From Botryllus schlosseri (lineage: Eukaryota), in the NCBI GenBank assembly GCA_051294905.1, contig CM119372.1, forward strand, positions 37,202,001-37,266,000: DNA of 64,000 bases. The letters run 5' to 3'. Shown piece after piece: positions 51,896 through 64,000 of this stretch; within the stretch, counting starts at the first letter, position 1; each line of letters opens with the position of its first letter. The notes beneath the pieces were generated by a model. The model saw only the letters and a list, made by a program, of their open reading frames with translations, ran no database searches and was not told where the DNA came from. A program made the translations under genes and the position numbers.

Positions 51896-54001
51896 AAGGT
51901 AAATTGGGCTTTAGCGCTCTCCTCAACCCGGATATTCGAAATGTCATGCCCGTGACGATTTTGTGATACGATAGTTGATACACGATGGTAATTCCAATTG
52001 TTTACGAATTGCTGACGATTACCCCTGTCGAATGTCAGCCGGAAATATTTGGGTTCATTTCATTATCCATATACCATTCAATTGTATATTGAAGTTCTGT
52101 ACCTCAAAGGAGCTCTTCCGAAGAAGTTGTACGTGACATTTCGCCTCTATTTTTGCTATAAACCAACTTTGGCCTATGAATAGTCAATTTTCGATTGACC
52201 TTCACGACACGAGTGTAAAATGATAGTTCGCAATGAAATCTCACCTCTTGTTGTGAAAGAATGCTGATATCTCGGTACTCCCCCAATCACATCCCGCGTT
52301 GGATTATACGCCCACAATATGAACAGCTCTCCATTCTACAAAAAATGCTATATTCATTCAAGTATACAGAAATGATGTAATGCTTCAAATTGTGACGATA
52401 CTGTGTAAAATTCAAGTTCGACCAACTTATAATTTGCCATTCGACGGTGTAAATCTTACAAACCCAAATCTTGACCCTGCTAAACTCCGCATTGTAAACA
52501 ATGCACACCTCAGATGGACCACAGATTTGCAGAGTTATCCTTAGGATATCTTCATAATTAGAAGATCATATCGGGATGGAAGGTCACCTACATCACCATC
52601 AAACACGATCGGTTATTAACTGTGAAAATTCATGTAACGAATGATGCATAGCAGCATTGTCGTGAGGTCACGTATCACACCGTATGGTTTGCAGATAACA
52701 TTGATTTTGCGAGTCTCCTTTCGCTAGCTGATTATCCATTTCATAACTTGATTCCCTACTCGATACGGAAAATTTTGACGCGAAACAGATTGACACAGAA
52801 GCAAACTTTACGTAAGATACCGTTATCGCTGCAGGCGTTCCTGCACATGTCATGTAACCATCTAAACCTGAGACGAATGACTGAGGCGGTCGTTACTGAA
52901 GTACTTCCGTTTTTTTGGGTAATCCAGTAGGTTTTGCTTACTCGTACTGCGGACTCCAGCGGTTATTGTTTTAGACAACATCCACTTCGACTTAATAGGC
53001 TTTCCCACAGAGCTACCTACTTTTTACATTCGGATTTTGTAAAGTAGAAAACAGTTTCAAGATATGCTTGCATCGCTTGAATGAGATAAATTGCCATTGA
53101 AAACTGGAGAAAAGAGCCTGAGTATCACCGTAACTGTAGACATTATGCAGAAAGTAAAACCATTTGTATAGTTCCATTAATCTGCTTGAGTTAGGTGTGA
53201 AGATGTATATTTAATTTCGGAAATCAACACAAAACATACTTTTGAAAACTGCTTCATTTCCCGAACTGAATTTTCTATTTTTACTTGAGGCAATTTTTAC
53301 ATGTCTTTGAAATCGCTACTACTACTTGTCAATGAGTAGAAATTTACGGCGCTACTTTCTTTTCTACTTGAGTACCAACTCTGAGTCGTTGACCAATTTA
53401 GATGACTTGTGCTCAGGCTCCTCCCGATCTTTGATTTCATAACTTGATTCCAAACCTGATACCGAAAATTTGACGTAAAACCAATTACCTCGGATACAAA
53501 CTTTACGTAAGACTTACTCCGTCGCTTAGGTCGTTTCGTCACGCGCTATCTAATCGTAATCTATCCAGTATATCTATTCGTGTGACGTCTACTACAAGTT
53601 TTATCACCGAATCGCTACAATACCGTTATGTCTCGATCGCGAACGTCCCCAGTTTTCAAAGCTCTTGATGCAACAACCGTAGTGAACCCGTTAAATTCAG
53701 CAAACGATACTCCGTTCCAATTTTGATCAGCATCCACCGACGGACGGCCGTTTCCCCAGGCAAATGTGTCCTGTTAGAAATAGGAATAACTGTATGCTTT
53801 TGAGCTACCGTATTTTCCCCGGGATTTAAATTCAAGTCACGAAATCACTGTTGTTGCTGAGTCAACACTCCGCTCAAAATTCAACTAGATGTATCCCTTC
53901 ATTATAGTTTTTTTTTTCAAATGTACATGCAGTACCATTTACATTATGTTTAACATTATAGATCCGCAAATATTACTGTTACAAAACACCATAACACCAT
54001 A

Positions 54002-56033
54002 CACTGTAAAAAATCTGGTAGATTTACTGGGAAATCTCTGTAAATTTTACCACGAATTACCGGTCGCAGCCAATTACTGTGCGTAGCTTGTCATTTTACA
54101 TTTTGATATGTAATATTACCATAATATAGCTGTAAAGTAAGTTACCAGAATTTCTTCGCAAAATTACTGACAGTTACTCGTTACTGCAGTTTACCGGGCT
54201 ATTGGCAAAATTGATTAGCTTCAAAATCGCTGCAGCCAATGTATACGTAGAACTGAATGTTACTGATATATCATTCTAGAGGTGATTTGACCTGATTGAA
54301 CCTCGTTTGCGAGACTGGGGTCTGTCATACCGAAATTGTTGGCCCTAGTATCAATTTAAGCTTAGTAAGGCACAAGAAATAACTGACAATCGCAGCTAAT
54401 GTGGTACACCGTAGCGATATTATATTATAAGGCAATGGCTGTACGGCCAGTCTCGCTGGTTACATTCGTTGTCACGGATAGGCTGATAAGTTAGAAAATT
54501 AGTTCAGGGTGTATAATATTGCTCGGGGAAACTAGAAATATCAGCACCGCATGCTGAGCTGACCATTTGTTAATAGCGGATAAGGCGACCTGTAATAGGT
54601 TACATTAGGTGACTGCTTTTTCCGAGATTCGTAGTAAACAACCAACGCACGACTGTGACATCACAAGCAGCGTCTGGTTAGGTAAGTACAGTAAGTAGTG
54701 AACAACACATGGAATATATTTCAATTTATACGAAATTAGATGAAAAAAGGGACTATATGCAATGATAAATGTTTCTGTATGGAAAAAACGACCCAGATCA
54801 AACATTATAACGTGGCCAGTAAATATTATTGGTGTCATGTGTCAGCGGATGAATACCATTTATTTCGAAATCGTTCGAGTGTCGTCTGGCCAGTGGCCAT
54901 TAGTGAGATTTGAGCAAAGGGTGGAGCGAAGCTTGTTGTGCTTGAAGAAAGTGGACACGATCGTTGAAGATTCCTAGGAATGCTGAATGGAATACGCATC
55001 TTAAAAGGTAATACAGTACTACATAGTATTTGTTACCGTGAATATCTGACTCTGCACACCAGCCCTCGATGACTTAGATTTCATGATTGATATATTTCAT
55101 TCGCCGCATTCTCTGTTCTATTTTGGGATATTTGTCGACTTATATAGTGACCACATACTCCGCTGCGGAGGAGTTGAAACTGTTGGCTTGGTAATGTCAT
55201 TTTCGGGCCATAGCATAGATATGTTTTCATCCACTGCTGGATTTGTTTGCCACACATGCCACCTTTTAAATTAGGAACCTTTTGCTTCAATACAAAGATA
55301 AAGTCATGTAAAAGGCGGAACCGTCATCACACAATGTGCCAGTACCGGTACTTCAAAACATGTTATATTTTTGTTAGCCTATTTGTCTTAGTCTTATAAT
55401 GTCATGTTCACTGTCCAGGTTAGGAACTTTGCTTTATATAGCGACTTATGCATGAATTCTTTTTAGTGGAACTGCAAGATACTACTTACACAGAAGGAAT
55501 GAGAACGAGAAAAGGAAACAATTGGAAGTTTGGCCGGTGGTGGAATTAATTCGCGTTTTCTTGAGACCACTCGTGTTACTGCATGTCTCCTAAAGAAGAA
55601 TTAGACCTCCAGCAGCAATATTTTTCCATCGATAACCACTTCATCGTGATATCATGAATGAATATACAGTTTGTTCCAATGTCGTTTTGGGGATGTGAAG
55701 AAAATGTTGCGATATTTTTGCATCGGGTTGCTTTGCGATAGGTATGGATGTACGTGAATTTACAAGCTGGTATGTAATCCTGATTTACAGTGACAGCATG
55801 TAGGTAGGTAGGCGGTAAAATGACAGTCTCGATCGCAAATGTACAGGAGAAAATGTAGATTAGATATACCGGAGGTGACTGTAACATTACAGTCTGGCGT
55901 GTAAAGTGAGATTACCGGACGAGTGTAAGTTAAATTTACATTGACTAACGGTAATGTTAGATTACCACGAAATGTCTGGCTACCGTGCTTCCAAACATTT
56001 CGCGGTAAATCGAGGTTTTTATTTTTTACAGTG
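54002..56033. mobile_element. CACTA/EnSpm-like non-autonomous element
   Basis: TIRs cactgtaaaaaat / attttttacagtg flanked by TA; ttac/gtaa subterminal repeats. Confidence 0.8.
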
Positions 56034-56035
56034 TA

Positions 56036-57300
56036 CTTGATGGTAATTTTTGACCGGCTTGTCGAGCATCAAATTTGATAAAACGGGTATCTATCGAAAG
56101 CTGCCGCTGTACTGATTACGAAAATATAACTTTTATTTCGCTCATGGCCCTGGAAACCCCACAATCAGTCTCTAATTTCCCATTGTTATGGTGAGAGGCA
56201 GAGTGGAGCAACAATGCTGTCTGGCGAAACGAGAGCGATAGCTGAGGAGCAGATAAGTGGCTGCACGGCGAGAGTGAGCGCTCAGCAGGCGTCGCGGCAA
56301 TATTACAGTAAGCTGTACTTCTGGCGTAAAAGGTCTTCGACATTCAGAGAAATCCAAATGGTGATTGGAAAATGATAAAGCAAATTCCAACGTCACCGTT
56401 TAGTTTAATATCCTATATTCCTGACAAGGGCTACATAGGCCTAGGCTTGGTAATAGAGCATTCCAGTGAAAAACAAGGTATAAGGATTTGATGGTAACAT
56501 TTTGGAATCATTTGACTGGTCCGTGGATTGAATTCGGACCGCGGCCCCAGTTTAGTTCGACACCCCTGCTGTAAACCTTGAATCAACATTTTACCTACTG
56601 TATTCGCGGACGAAGTCCTACCCTTACAGGTCGAGGAAAGGTTGGTAAAGCGACTATATAAAGTACCTTCACTAGCAATCAACAGGGCAACGTGTCTGTA
56701 GAGCCCTACACAACAAGCCGGCGAAGCCAATCGATATCATATTAAGCTGACATATCCAATGTATACTGCTACCTAGATGGATATCTATAACTTGAATGAC
56801 AATGCATGGCCCTAATGCATTCTGTGGACCCAGTTCTACCCTTACAAGTCAAGAAAAGGATGGTAGCTGTGTGCTAGCTTCTACCGAAGCGACTATAGAA
56901 AGTATTAACAGCGCAACGTTTCTCTGCGACGCGATTGCACTTCGAAACACAAGCTCATTGTCCATTGCCGCGACGCCAGCTGAGCACTCACTCTCGCCGC
57001 GCAGCCACTCGATTGTTCCGCAGCTACGCTCTCGTTTCACCAGACAGCATTGTTGCGTCACTATACCACTTTGCGTATCGATAATAAGTTCGAGGCTGAT
57101 TGGGTTCCAAGACTATCAGCGAAATAAAATTTATATTTGTGTAATTAGTATAGAGGCAGCTTTCGATTGATACCCGTTTTATCGAATTTGATGCTCGACA
57201 AGCCGGTCAAAAATTACCGTCAAGTTGCCTTCGGCCAAATGGAAAATGTGACGTAGACCAATTACACTGAGTCGTGAGATTTGCTTGTGTATATAGGACA
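56036..57300. mobile_element. Long-TIR MITE, left end truncated; family of 59402-60034
   Basis: 56036-56310 is the reverse complement of about 56960-57225. Confidence 0.75.
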
Positions 57301-57543
57301 CTATGAGGCTACTATACGCAAACTCGGAACGCTCGCTGGCTTGTTCTTGAAACTTTTAAAAGCGAATACTAGCAATCTGGTAGTTATTATTTTTGCATTC
57401 ATTTTGTTTCAACATCACTTATCATTTTGCACTTGGCCGATACTATACTTGTATAATTGCTTAGCCGCCTACTTAGGACTTTTAGTTCGGCCCCATTTTG
57501 TTCTCGGGTGTTGTAAAACATCGAATACGCGGATCGCATATAC

Positions 57544-59089
57544 CAGTGGTTCTTAACCTTTTTTCTTCCAGCGCCCCCTTTCAAAAATTATCGTGCTCCA
57601 GCGCCCCCCCCAACTTCATATTGTAAGGAATGTAATAAAGACAATGAGTAAGAGGGAGGGCCGTAACAGCACTTCGTTAACCCCCCTAAAAACGATTGCC
57701 TTGCGCACCCATAGCGTGATAAACCGAACTTCTGAGGGCTTCGCCCCCACGAACCCCGTATCGTGATTTTGATAGTCAGCAAAGTTTGTGTGGCCTGGTC
57801 GCCCTAGGTACCAAAATTTTCCATAATGTATGAATGAATAGGTGGTAATTACATATATAAGTTGCTATATAAACTTTTTATCCTCTCAGCCCACGTAATC
57901 AGATTTACCAGTAGCACTGAGTGAGCTGTTGTATAGGAAAATGAAGGGCACGTAATTAATAATTAAACATATTCGGGCGTGCCCGCAGGTGCAATTATTC
58001 GTTACCAGGGCCGTTACAGCACTTCGCAAGCCCCCCCCCCCAAACAAAAAACGTTGGTCCTGGGCCCCCATCGGGTGATAAACCAAACTTCCGGGGGACT
58101 TCACTCCCAGACCCCCATTAGGCCGTCCGCTATTTGCTGATAGCCTATTAGGTATCTACATTGGGTGTCCATTTACTGAGGCAGCTATTCTCGCCTATTC
58201 GCGCGAAGTGCGAAAAATTTCACTAATTAATGATTGAATTGGTCAATATCATCGGGAATTGCATGTAAATTGAGATCAATTTTTGTCCTCTCTCTGCTCA
58301 CGTAAACACATTTACCCGTAGAACTGAGTGAGGTGCAATGTTCCCTCTAAACTGCGCACGTGCGCAGTGCTGTCACGGTCTCTGCACACAGAAAATCTAC
58401 GTTGCGCACAACAAATCCGGAGTTATTACCTTTTTTTAGTCGTTACGCACTGTTGTCCAAGGGTCAGCGCAGTGAGTTGTTGAGTGTGCGCAGACTCATC
58501 AAAACTTAAAGCGAACATTGTGAGCTTTCTTGGAAACTGTAGGGCCCGTTACTAATAATTAAACATATTCGGGCGGGCGAACCCGTTGGTATGACTTCGT
58601 TGCATGATGTTATTTCGTGACCCCCTGTCTGCAATATCAAAAAATATAGAATCGCTCAACGGGGATATCGCCCAACAGGAATATCCCTGTCGCCCAATCG
58701 TACTAAACTAAAAGACGCACACGATTTCAGATTGGTATTTCTTTACTGACATATAATTTTTCCCTGCCAGATGGAATTCGTCTTCTGGGGTTCTGATTGC
58801 CAAGACAGGAACATTCGGTGTCAGTCATTTAGGCGCCCATAGACAATTAAACCTATATGTGTTTTGAAGGCTATATGTAACGACGTTTTCGGTGTTAATT
58901 TGCTCTGAATACTCATTAAGGATATGTCCTATCACCACATCATCTACTGCGAAGCCATTTTTCTCCAGCGCCCCCCATACCGCCTCCCTGAGCCCAGCGC
59001 CCCCCATATCGCCCCCTGAGCGTTTCCGCCCCCCTTCAAGATCGCCAGCGCCCCCTGGGGGGCGCTGGGGGCAAGGTTAAGAACCACTG
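57544..59089. mobile_element. hAT-type MITE
   Basis: TIRs cagtggttcttaacc / ggttaagaaccactg; perfect TSD gcatatac; GCGCCCCC subterminal repeats. Confidence 0.92.
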
Positions 59090-59401
59090 GCATATACTGA
59101 CGGCCAGAAGGGTTGGTAAGTAGCAGCTTAGCAGGGTGAAACATTTGACAGTGGTTTAGTTCATGAAATAAAAGCAATTATTTATTGACTGATTAATAAA
59201 CTTACCAGAACATAACCTCTTCCGCCGTCATCAACACCTGCCATTAGTATGTCAGCTTGCGCCATGGTCCCGCTTGGAGAAAGACCAAACCCAACCCACC
59301 CTGTCGTGCGAGCTATAATCTGTGACGGAAAGCGCAGATTTGACAGAGATGACCACATGTGGCGTAATTCAAATGAGTAGTATAGTTTATGAACACAGTG
59401 A

Positions 59402-60034
59402 CCTACAATGGTGTTGACACATGCAAATCTCACGGCTCACTGCGATTGGTCTACGTCACACTTTCCAAGTGGCCAAAATTAATTTTACGGTTTTACGCGC
59501 GCGAAAATTGATAAAATTGGTATCAATCGAAAGCTATCGCGGTACTGATTGCGAAAATATATATTTTATTTTTCTCGTGGTCCTGGAAACCCCATTATCT
59601 GCCTCGAATTTTGATTGCAACGGAGTTTCGTATTTTGACGCGATGATACCGTCTGGGAGCAGATGAGAAGAAGCGCTAACCGCAAGCGTTATGGTCATTG
59701 CTGCGCAAGCGATTGATCGTTCTCACTCTCGTGCGCATTCGCTCCTGAGTGGGCCGTATTATTCCAGATGGCATTGTTGCGTCACACTACCAAACTCCGT
59801 TACAATGCAACATTCGAGGCTGATTTTGGGGGGTTCCAGATCCACGAGCGGAATGACGTTTGCAGTTTCGCAATCAGTACCGCGGTAGCTTTCAATTGAT
59901 ACCAATTCTGTCAATTTTCGCGTTCGGCAAGACGGTCAAAAATTACCGTAAAATTGCCTTTGACCAAATGGAAAGTGTGACGTAGACCAATTACAGTGAG
60001 CGGTTAGATTTGCTTGTGTCCACACCATTGAAGG
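59402..60034. mobile_element. Near-palindromic long-TIR MITE
   Basis: caatggtgttgacacatgcaaatct..ggtctacgtcacactttcca mirrored by tggaaagtgtgacgtagacc..agatttgcttgtgtccacaccattg. Confidence 0.85.
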
Positions 60035-60342
60035 ACAATTTGCTATACCAATGGTTCTCAACCTATTTGTCTCTTGAGAATCCCTAATTTTAGTTTACAT
60101 TTAGCTAACTTATCGCGCCACCGTCATTAGTATGATGCAACTTTTACCATCAGACAAGTCACATTGTGTAAAATACACATTCGTGAACTTCATTAAGTGG
60201 TATATGTTATAATACGTGAATATCCTTGGTGCACAGAAGACGTTGATGAGAAAGCACCACTAAGTTATCTTATACATAAAATAATATTAATCATATCTGC
60301 AGGAGAGTGTAACTGCCAAAAATGTACTTTTCCATTAATTAT

Positions 60343-63235
60343 TCAATCAATCAATCAATCAGGTTTATTAATATTTCATCGTTTCAAAATATCACAAGAC
60401 TGCGATACAATGAAAAGATAGGAAGGTGTCGAAACAACTTGGAGTAGCCATTAAGATCAGACACCCACCTTAGCCTAGGCGAAGTAAATAAGAGGCATGC
60501 ACACTGAATGAAAAGTAATGCAGAGAATATAAGACGCAAGCGACAAAATAAGATGGCATGTGGCGAAGGGCGAGGTCGATGTCAGGTCGTGGTCCGTTAA
60601 TCGTGAAGACTGGCTAGTATTGATTTGGAAGAAATTGCTTGTATTTCCACTTGAATGCGGACATGCTCGACCACTGTCGGATAGCCGGCGAGATGCTGTT
60701 CCACAATTGGGGTCCGGCATACTTGATAAAGCAATGTGTTTTCTTGCATTCAGTCCTGATCATATGGTAGTTGTTCTTCGTTGACGCGCGTGTGCTGTAT
60801 CCTACTTGTGCGCTTTTGTCTCCGAGATGAAGTAGTCGTTGAAATTTTAGGGACATTGACCGCAATGGAACTGATACATAAACTTGGCAATTTCTAGCTT
60901 CCTCATATCTTCTAGGTTAGAACATCAAATCTTTTGAGAAGCGATTTATCAGTTGCACATCCAGGCCCCCGTGGGGCTTTGGCAGTGATACGGATGATCC
61001 GATGTTGAAGTTTTTGCAGTGGGTCAATTGTATTTTTGCAGGCAGCACCCCAACAAAGAATTCCGTATTGTAACTTTGATAGGAATAGAGCAGTGGTTCC
61101 CAACCTGTGGTACGCGTACCACTAGTGGTACTCGAAGGTCTTCCAAGTGGTAGATTCTGTTTTTTTTTTCGACCGAAGAGAGTTATTAGTTCAGATGGGG
61201 TTGCCTTTCAAGTCGTCGTCGTTGTGGGTAGGGACAATCCCACCATTGACGGCCAACGGCAGGGATGGTCAACCTGCGGCTGTTGAAGGGAATTTGTGCG
61301 CCTGTGGACAGGTAATTCAATTAGTATGTGTAGGCGGTCGTTGACATGCAATTTGAATTTACGAATTGACTCCCGATTTCTTGATAGATTTTAATTAATC
61401 TTGAAATTTTCTTCGCGCTGTGCGCGGTTTAATGTGTATTTTTTTCTTGATTTTAATAATTTTGCAATTAGAGCCCCACATTTCAAATTCGAAGAGTAGA
61501 GGAATATGATGCGCCCCATATAGAAATACCAACTGAGAATCGTGTACACCTCACTATATACCGACAATCCTGATGGGAGGTCAAGAAATAACGGCATGTA
61601 GCAAAGTGACTAATAACAATTGGTCCACCCGAAGATGCATCATCAACTAAATATTCGAAAACACCCCCTCCATCAACTCTACCGGTCAATCTGACCACAT
61701 CCATGGGCTGAGAAAGGTTAAATGTTTGATAGTAATAGGTAAAACTACTAATATTATTCACGAAATCCAGTAGTAAATTTGAAAAAATACCCGATTCTTG
61801 CGGCAATTCCTGCTGTCTCATAACCTCACCAGTGACTCCTCTCGATTTTGGTGCGTATAGCAACCCTATATCATTAAATAGATTAGTCTGCAGATCGCCG
61901 GAAATGGACATAAACACTCTAACGTGGGCATTTAGCGTCTACCTATATTTAATTACGACTATGCCCTGGGATGCGGCCGTGGGCTACATGAGTAGTTCAA
62001 ATGCGAACGTGAATGGCAAAAAGGTTGGCCAGCCGCTGGCCTACGGGGAACAGATCTAGTCGTAAAGCATTGGGATTCTTACTTAACCGAATTCCGTTTT
62101 AATATATTTGACCACAAGAATTCCAAATGGATTCACTACAGAAATCATATACTGCACCTTAACATGGGCAGTTAATTTTCTGTTTCGCTGCCTTCGGCAG
62201 CTCAACCTGGTAGTAATATTTTTGACCACCTTCGGCGCGCATAACTTATGTAGGTGGTACGCGAGTACTACATGAAACCTCGAAATGGTACGCGGGTGGA
62301 AAAAGGTTGGGAACCACTGGAATAGAGTGTTGAAGAGTATCAAGAGCACGCTGACTGGTAGAGTGTAGCTAAGGCGGCGAAATAGACCACATACCTTCGA
62401 TAGTTGAGGTTTGTTTGAGTGATTGTATGTGACTCTTCCAGGACATGTCCGAATCCAGTAAAACACCAAGGTATTGGGCATTTTTAGTGTTGGAAACTGG
62501 TTGGCCAGCGATGTCAACGGTTAGGTTATCGCAAGAGTTCACGATCAATAATTGGGATTTCGCAGCGTTAACCCGAAGGCTATTATGGGACGTCCCCTCA
62601 TGCACTTTGGGCATTTGATCACGGGTGACGGCATTCAAGCTTGCGGTAGTAGGTGCGTGAGATAGGAGGTGAGTATCGTCAGCGAAGAGTGTGGTATTCA
62701 ATGATGAGGTTTCAAAGATATCATTCACATATAAAGTAAAGAGGACAGGTCCAAGAACAGAGCCTTGCGGAACACCACAGGTATCAAGGTGGGGGGAGGA
62801 CAAAGTGTTGGATATCGACACCATTTAATATCTCCCAGTCAGGTAGCTTTTCATGAGCTCTAGTTGTGGACCCCGGAACCCGAAGCGCGCCAATTTCGAG
62901 AGAAGAATACTGTGACCGACGCAGCCAAACGCTTTTTTTAGATAAAAAAGAAATGCTACATCCCACACTTCGTTTCTCCAAGATGTCATAGTAATGTTCA
63001 GCCACTGTTAGCAGGGCATGAGAGGCTTGGTGCTTTTTGCGGAAGCCGAATTGTTGTGGAGATGTGGACATCTTGGCGAGGAACGAAGATAGAGAGAGGA
63101 GCAATTTTTCGAACACAATTCCAATACACGGTAGGACAGATATAGGTCGGTAGTTGGTGACATTAGTTCTATCTCCGGCTTTGTAAACCCCCAGCAAACA
63201 CAAAACCGTAAAAGGATCATCCGGGATCATCTCGA
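60343..63235 (-). mobile_element. 5'-truncated CR1/L2-type LINE (RT domain and 3' UTR), frameshifted
   Basis: NYRPISVLP, QFGFRK, GVPQGSVLGPVLF, LFADD, YLGVLLD..SW..HI, YGILCWG, GPQLWNSI; (ATTG)n tail at 60343-60360. Confidence 0.93.
61091..62319. mobile_element. hAT-type element inserted in the LINE, with unrelated internal sequence
   Basis: TIRs cagtggttcccaacc / ggttgggaaccactg; perfect TSD gaatagag; removing it rejoins the LINE frame (..NTLF|LSKLQYG..). Confidence 0.92.
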
Positions 63236-64000
63236 TTAGGTTCTGATTTTCTAAGTGTCGAGGGAATGTCTAAAATACGTAGCAGGATGGTCTTGTGGTT
63301 ATATTCAATCAGAATAAATTCATACTCGGTGTTGTTCCATCTCATGTATTAGGCTTCGTTATATCCGGTAGTTAACCTAATAATGCAAATTTTCTATCTC
63401 TCGCTGGTATGACTAAAATACGTAGAAAGGATGACTTTGTCGGTACATTCAATCACTATGAATTCCCATCCGGTTTTGTTCGATCTCATGCAGTAGCTTC
63501 GTTCTATCCATTAGAAAACAATGTTCTCCCTTCGTTTCATTGCGTGAGGATGTCACCGGTGTTGTATATTCGTGTTGTTGCTCTAAGGTCGAACAGTTTT
63601 GTTTTCTTCTGATATATATGATCTTCATTATATATATATTCGCTCTTTCGGTAATCTCGCATGTTCAACGAGTATGGCTAATAGTTTTATTCAGAGAATA
63701 ACTAAATAAGTGAGATGTAGGTTTAGGAATATGATTATCCATGCGTGACTTCTAGAATATTTCGGCGATTCAAATTTTACGTCATCGCGCCGGACGAAGA
63801 TTTGACGCGCAACAGGTCGCAGCCAGGCATAGTTCGCTCTTTCTGTATGGTAAATATATAGGAATTGTGACTGACTGAGGTAGCGGGTTAAAGGTATATA
63901 CGCAGTAGCATATAGCTTATGGGGTATTTCGAATTGCCTGTAGTATATGACGCCTAGAGCTGTTTGACTTTCTGCAAAACTGGTGTAGACAACTATAGAA

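Larger units (their letters stand above)
47667..59319 (-). pseudogene. Tandem DOMON-domain gene (DBH-like/MOXD1-type DOMON), apparently disrupted; exons 59319-59206, 53770-53624, 49976-49848, 49617-49538, 47995-47883, 47813-47667
   Basis: Two DOMON repeats: IIARTTGWVGFGLSPSGTMAQADILMAGV..|DTFAWGNGRP..RALKTGDVRDRDIT and ..MKLEWYYTGDEITFE|LSAPTTGWIGIGFSPGTNMINADLIVVG..|DLYSLWNGPP..RKLNTGDTRDRTIT. A Thr/Pro-rich linker exon separates them; splice sites are canonical. One exon is 113 nt where its paralog is 114 nt, and a phase 0-to-1 bridging exon was not found. Confidence 0.72.

Noticed and set aside
721..63612. Most 60-140 aa ORFs in the supplied track
   Set aside because: They are chance ORFs, many with non-ATG starts, lying in MITEs, tandem repeats or antisense to transposon genes.

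Overview
AT-rich animal genomic DNA with spliceosomal GT-AG introns and dense, nested transposons. It is plausibly an invertebrate chordate such as an ascidian (inference from the opsin type and intron pattern). The supplied ORF track is mostly spurious. Two host genes were reconstructed by hand. (1) A + strand ciliary-type opsin: six exons between 2044 and 21456, 262 aa in the window, N-terminus/TM1 apparently upstream of base 1. It keeps the retinal-binding Lys296, the C110-C187 disulfide, CWxPY and NPIIY. It also has an unusual pocket (Gln113, Glu90, Glu181, His186, Glu288; bovine rhodopsin numbering), SRY instead of ERY, and a short C-tail almost devoid of Ser/Thr. (2) A - strand tandem-DOMON-domain gene (exons 59319 to 47667) that looks partly decayed. 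The rest is transposon-derived: many hAT-type MITEs with 8-bp TSDs (often nested), two CACTG-ended CACTA/EnSpm-like elements, a pseudogenised ZMYM1-like hAT transposase, a truncated Gypsy-like gag-protease with a -1 frameshift signal, a Dong/R4-like fragment inserted in a Penelope-like element with hammerhead-like motifs, and a CR1/L2-type LINE. The most interesting candidate is the opsin with a possible natural counterion at position 90.
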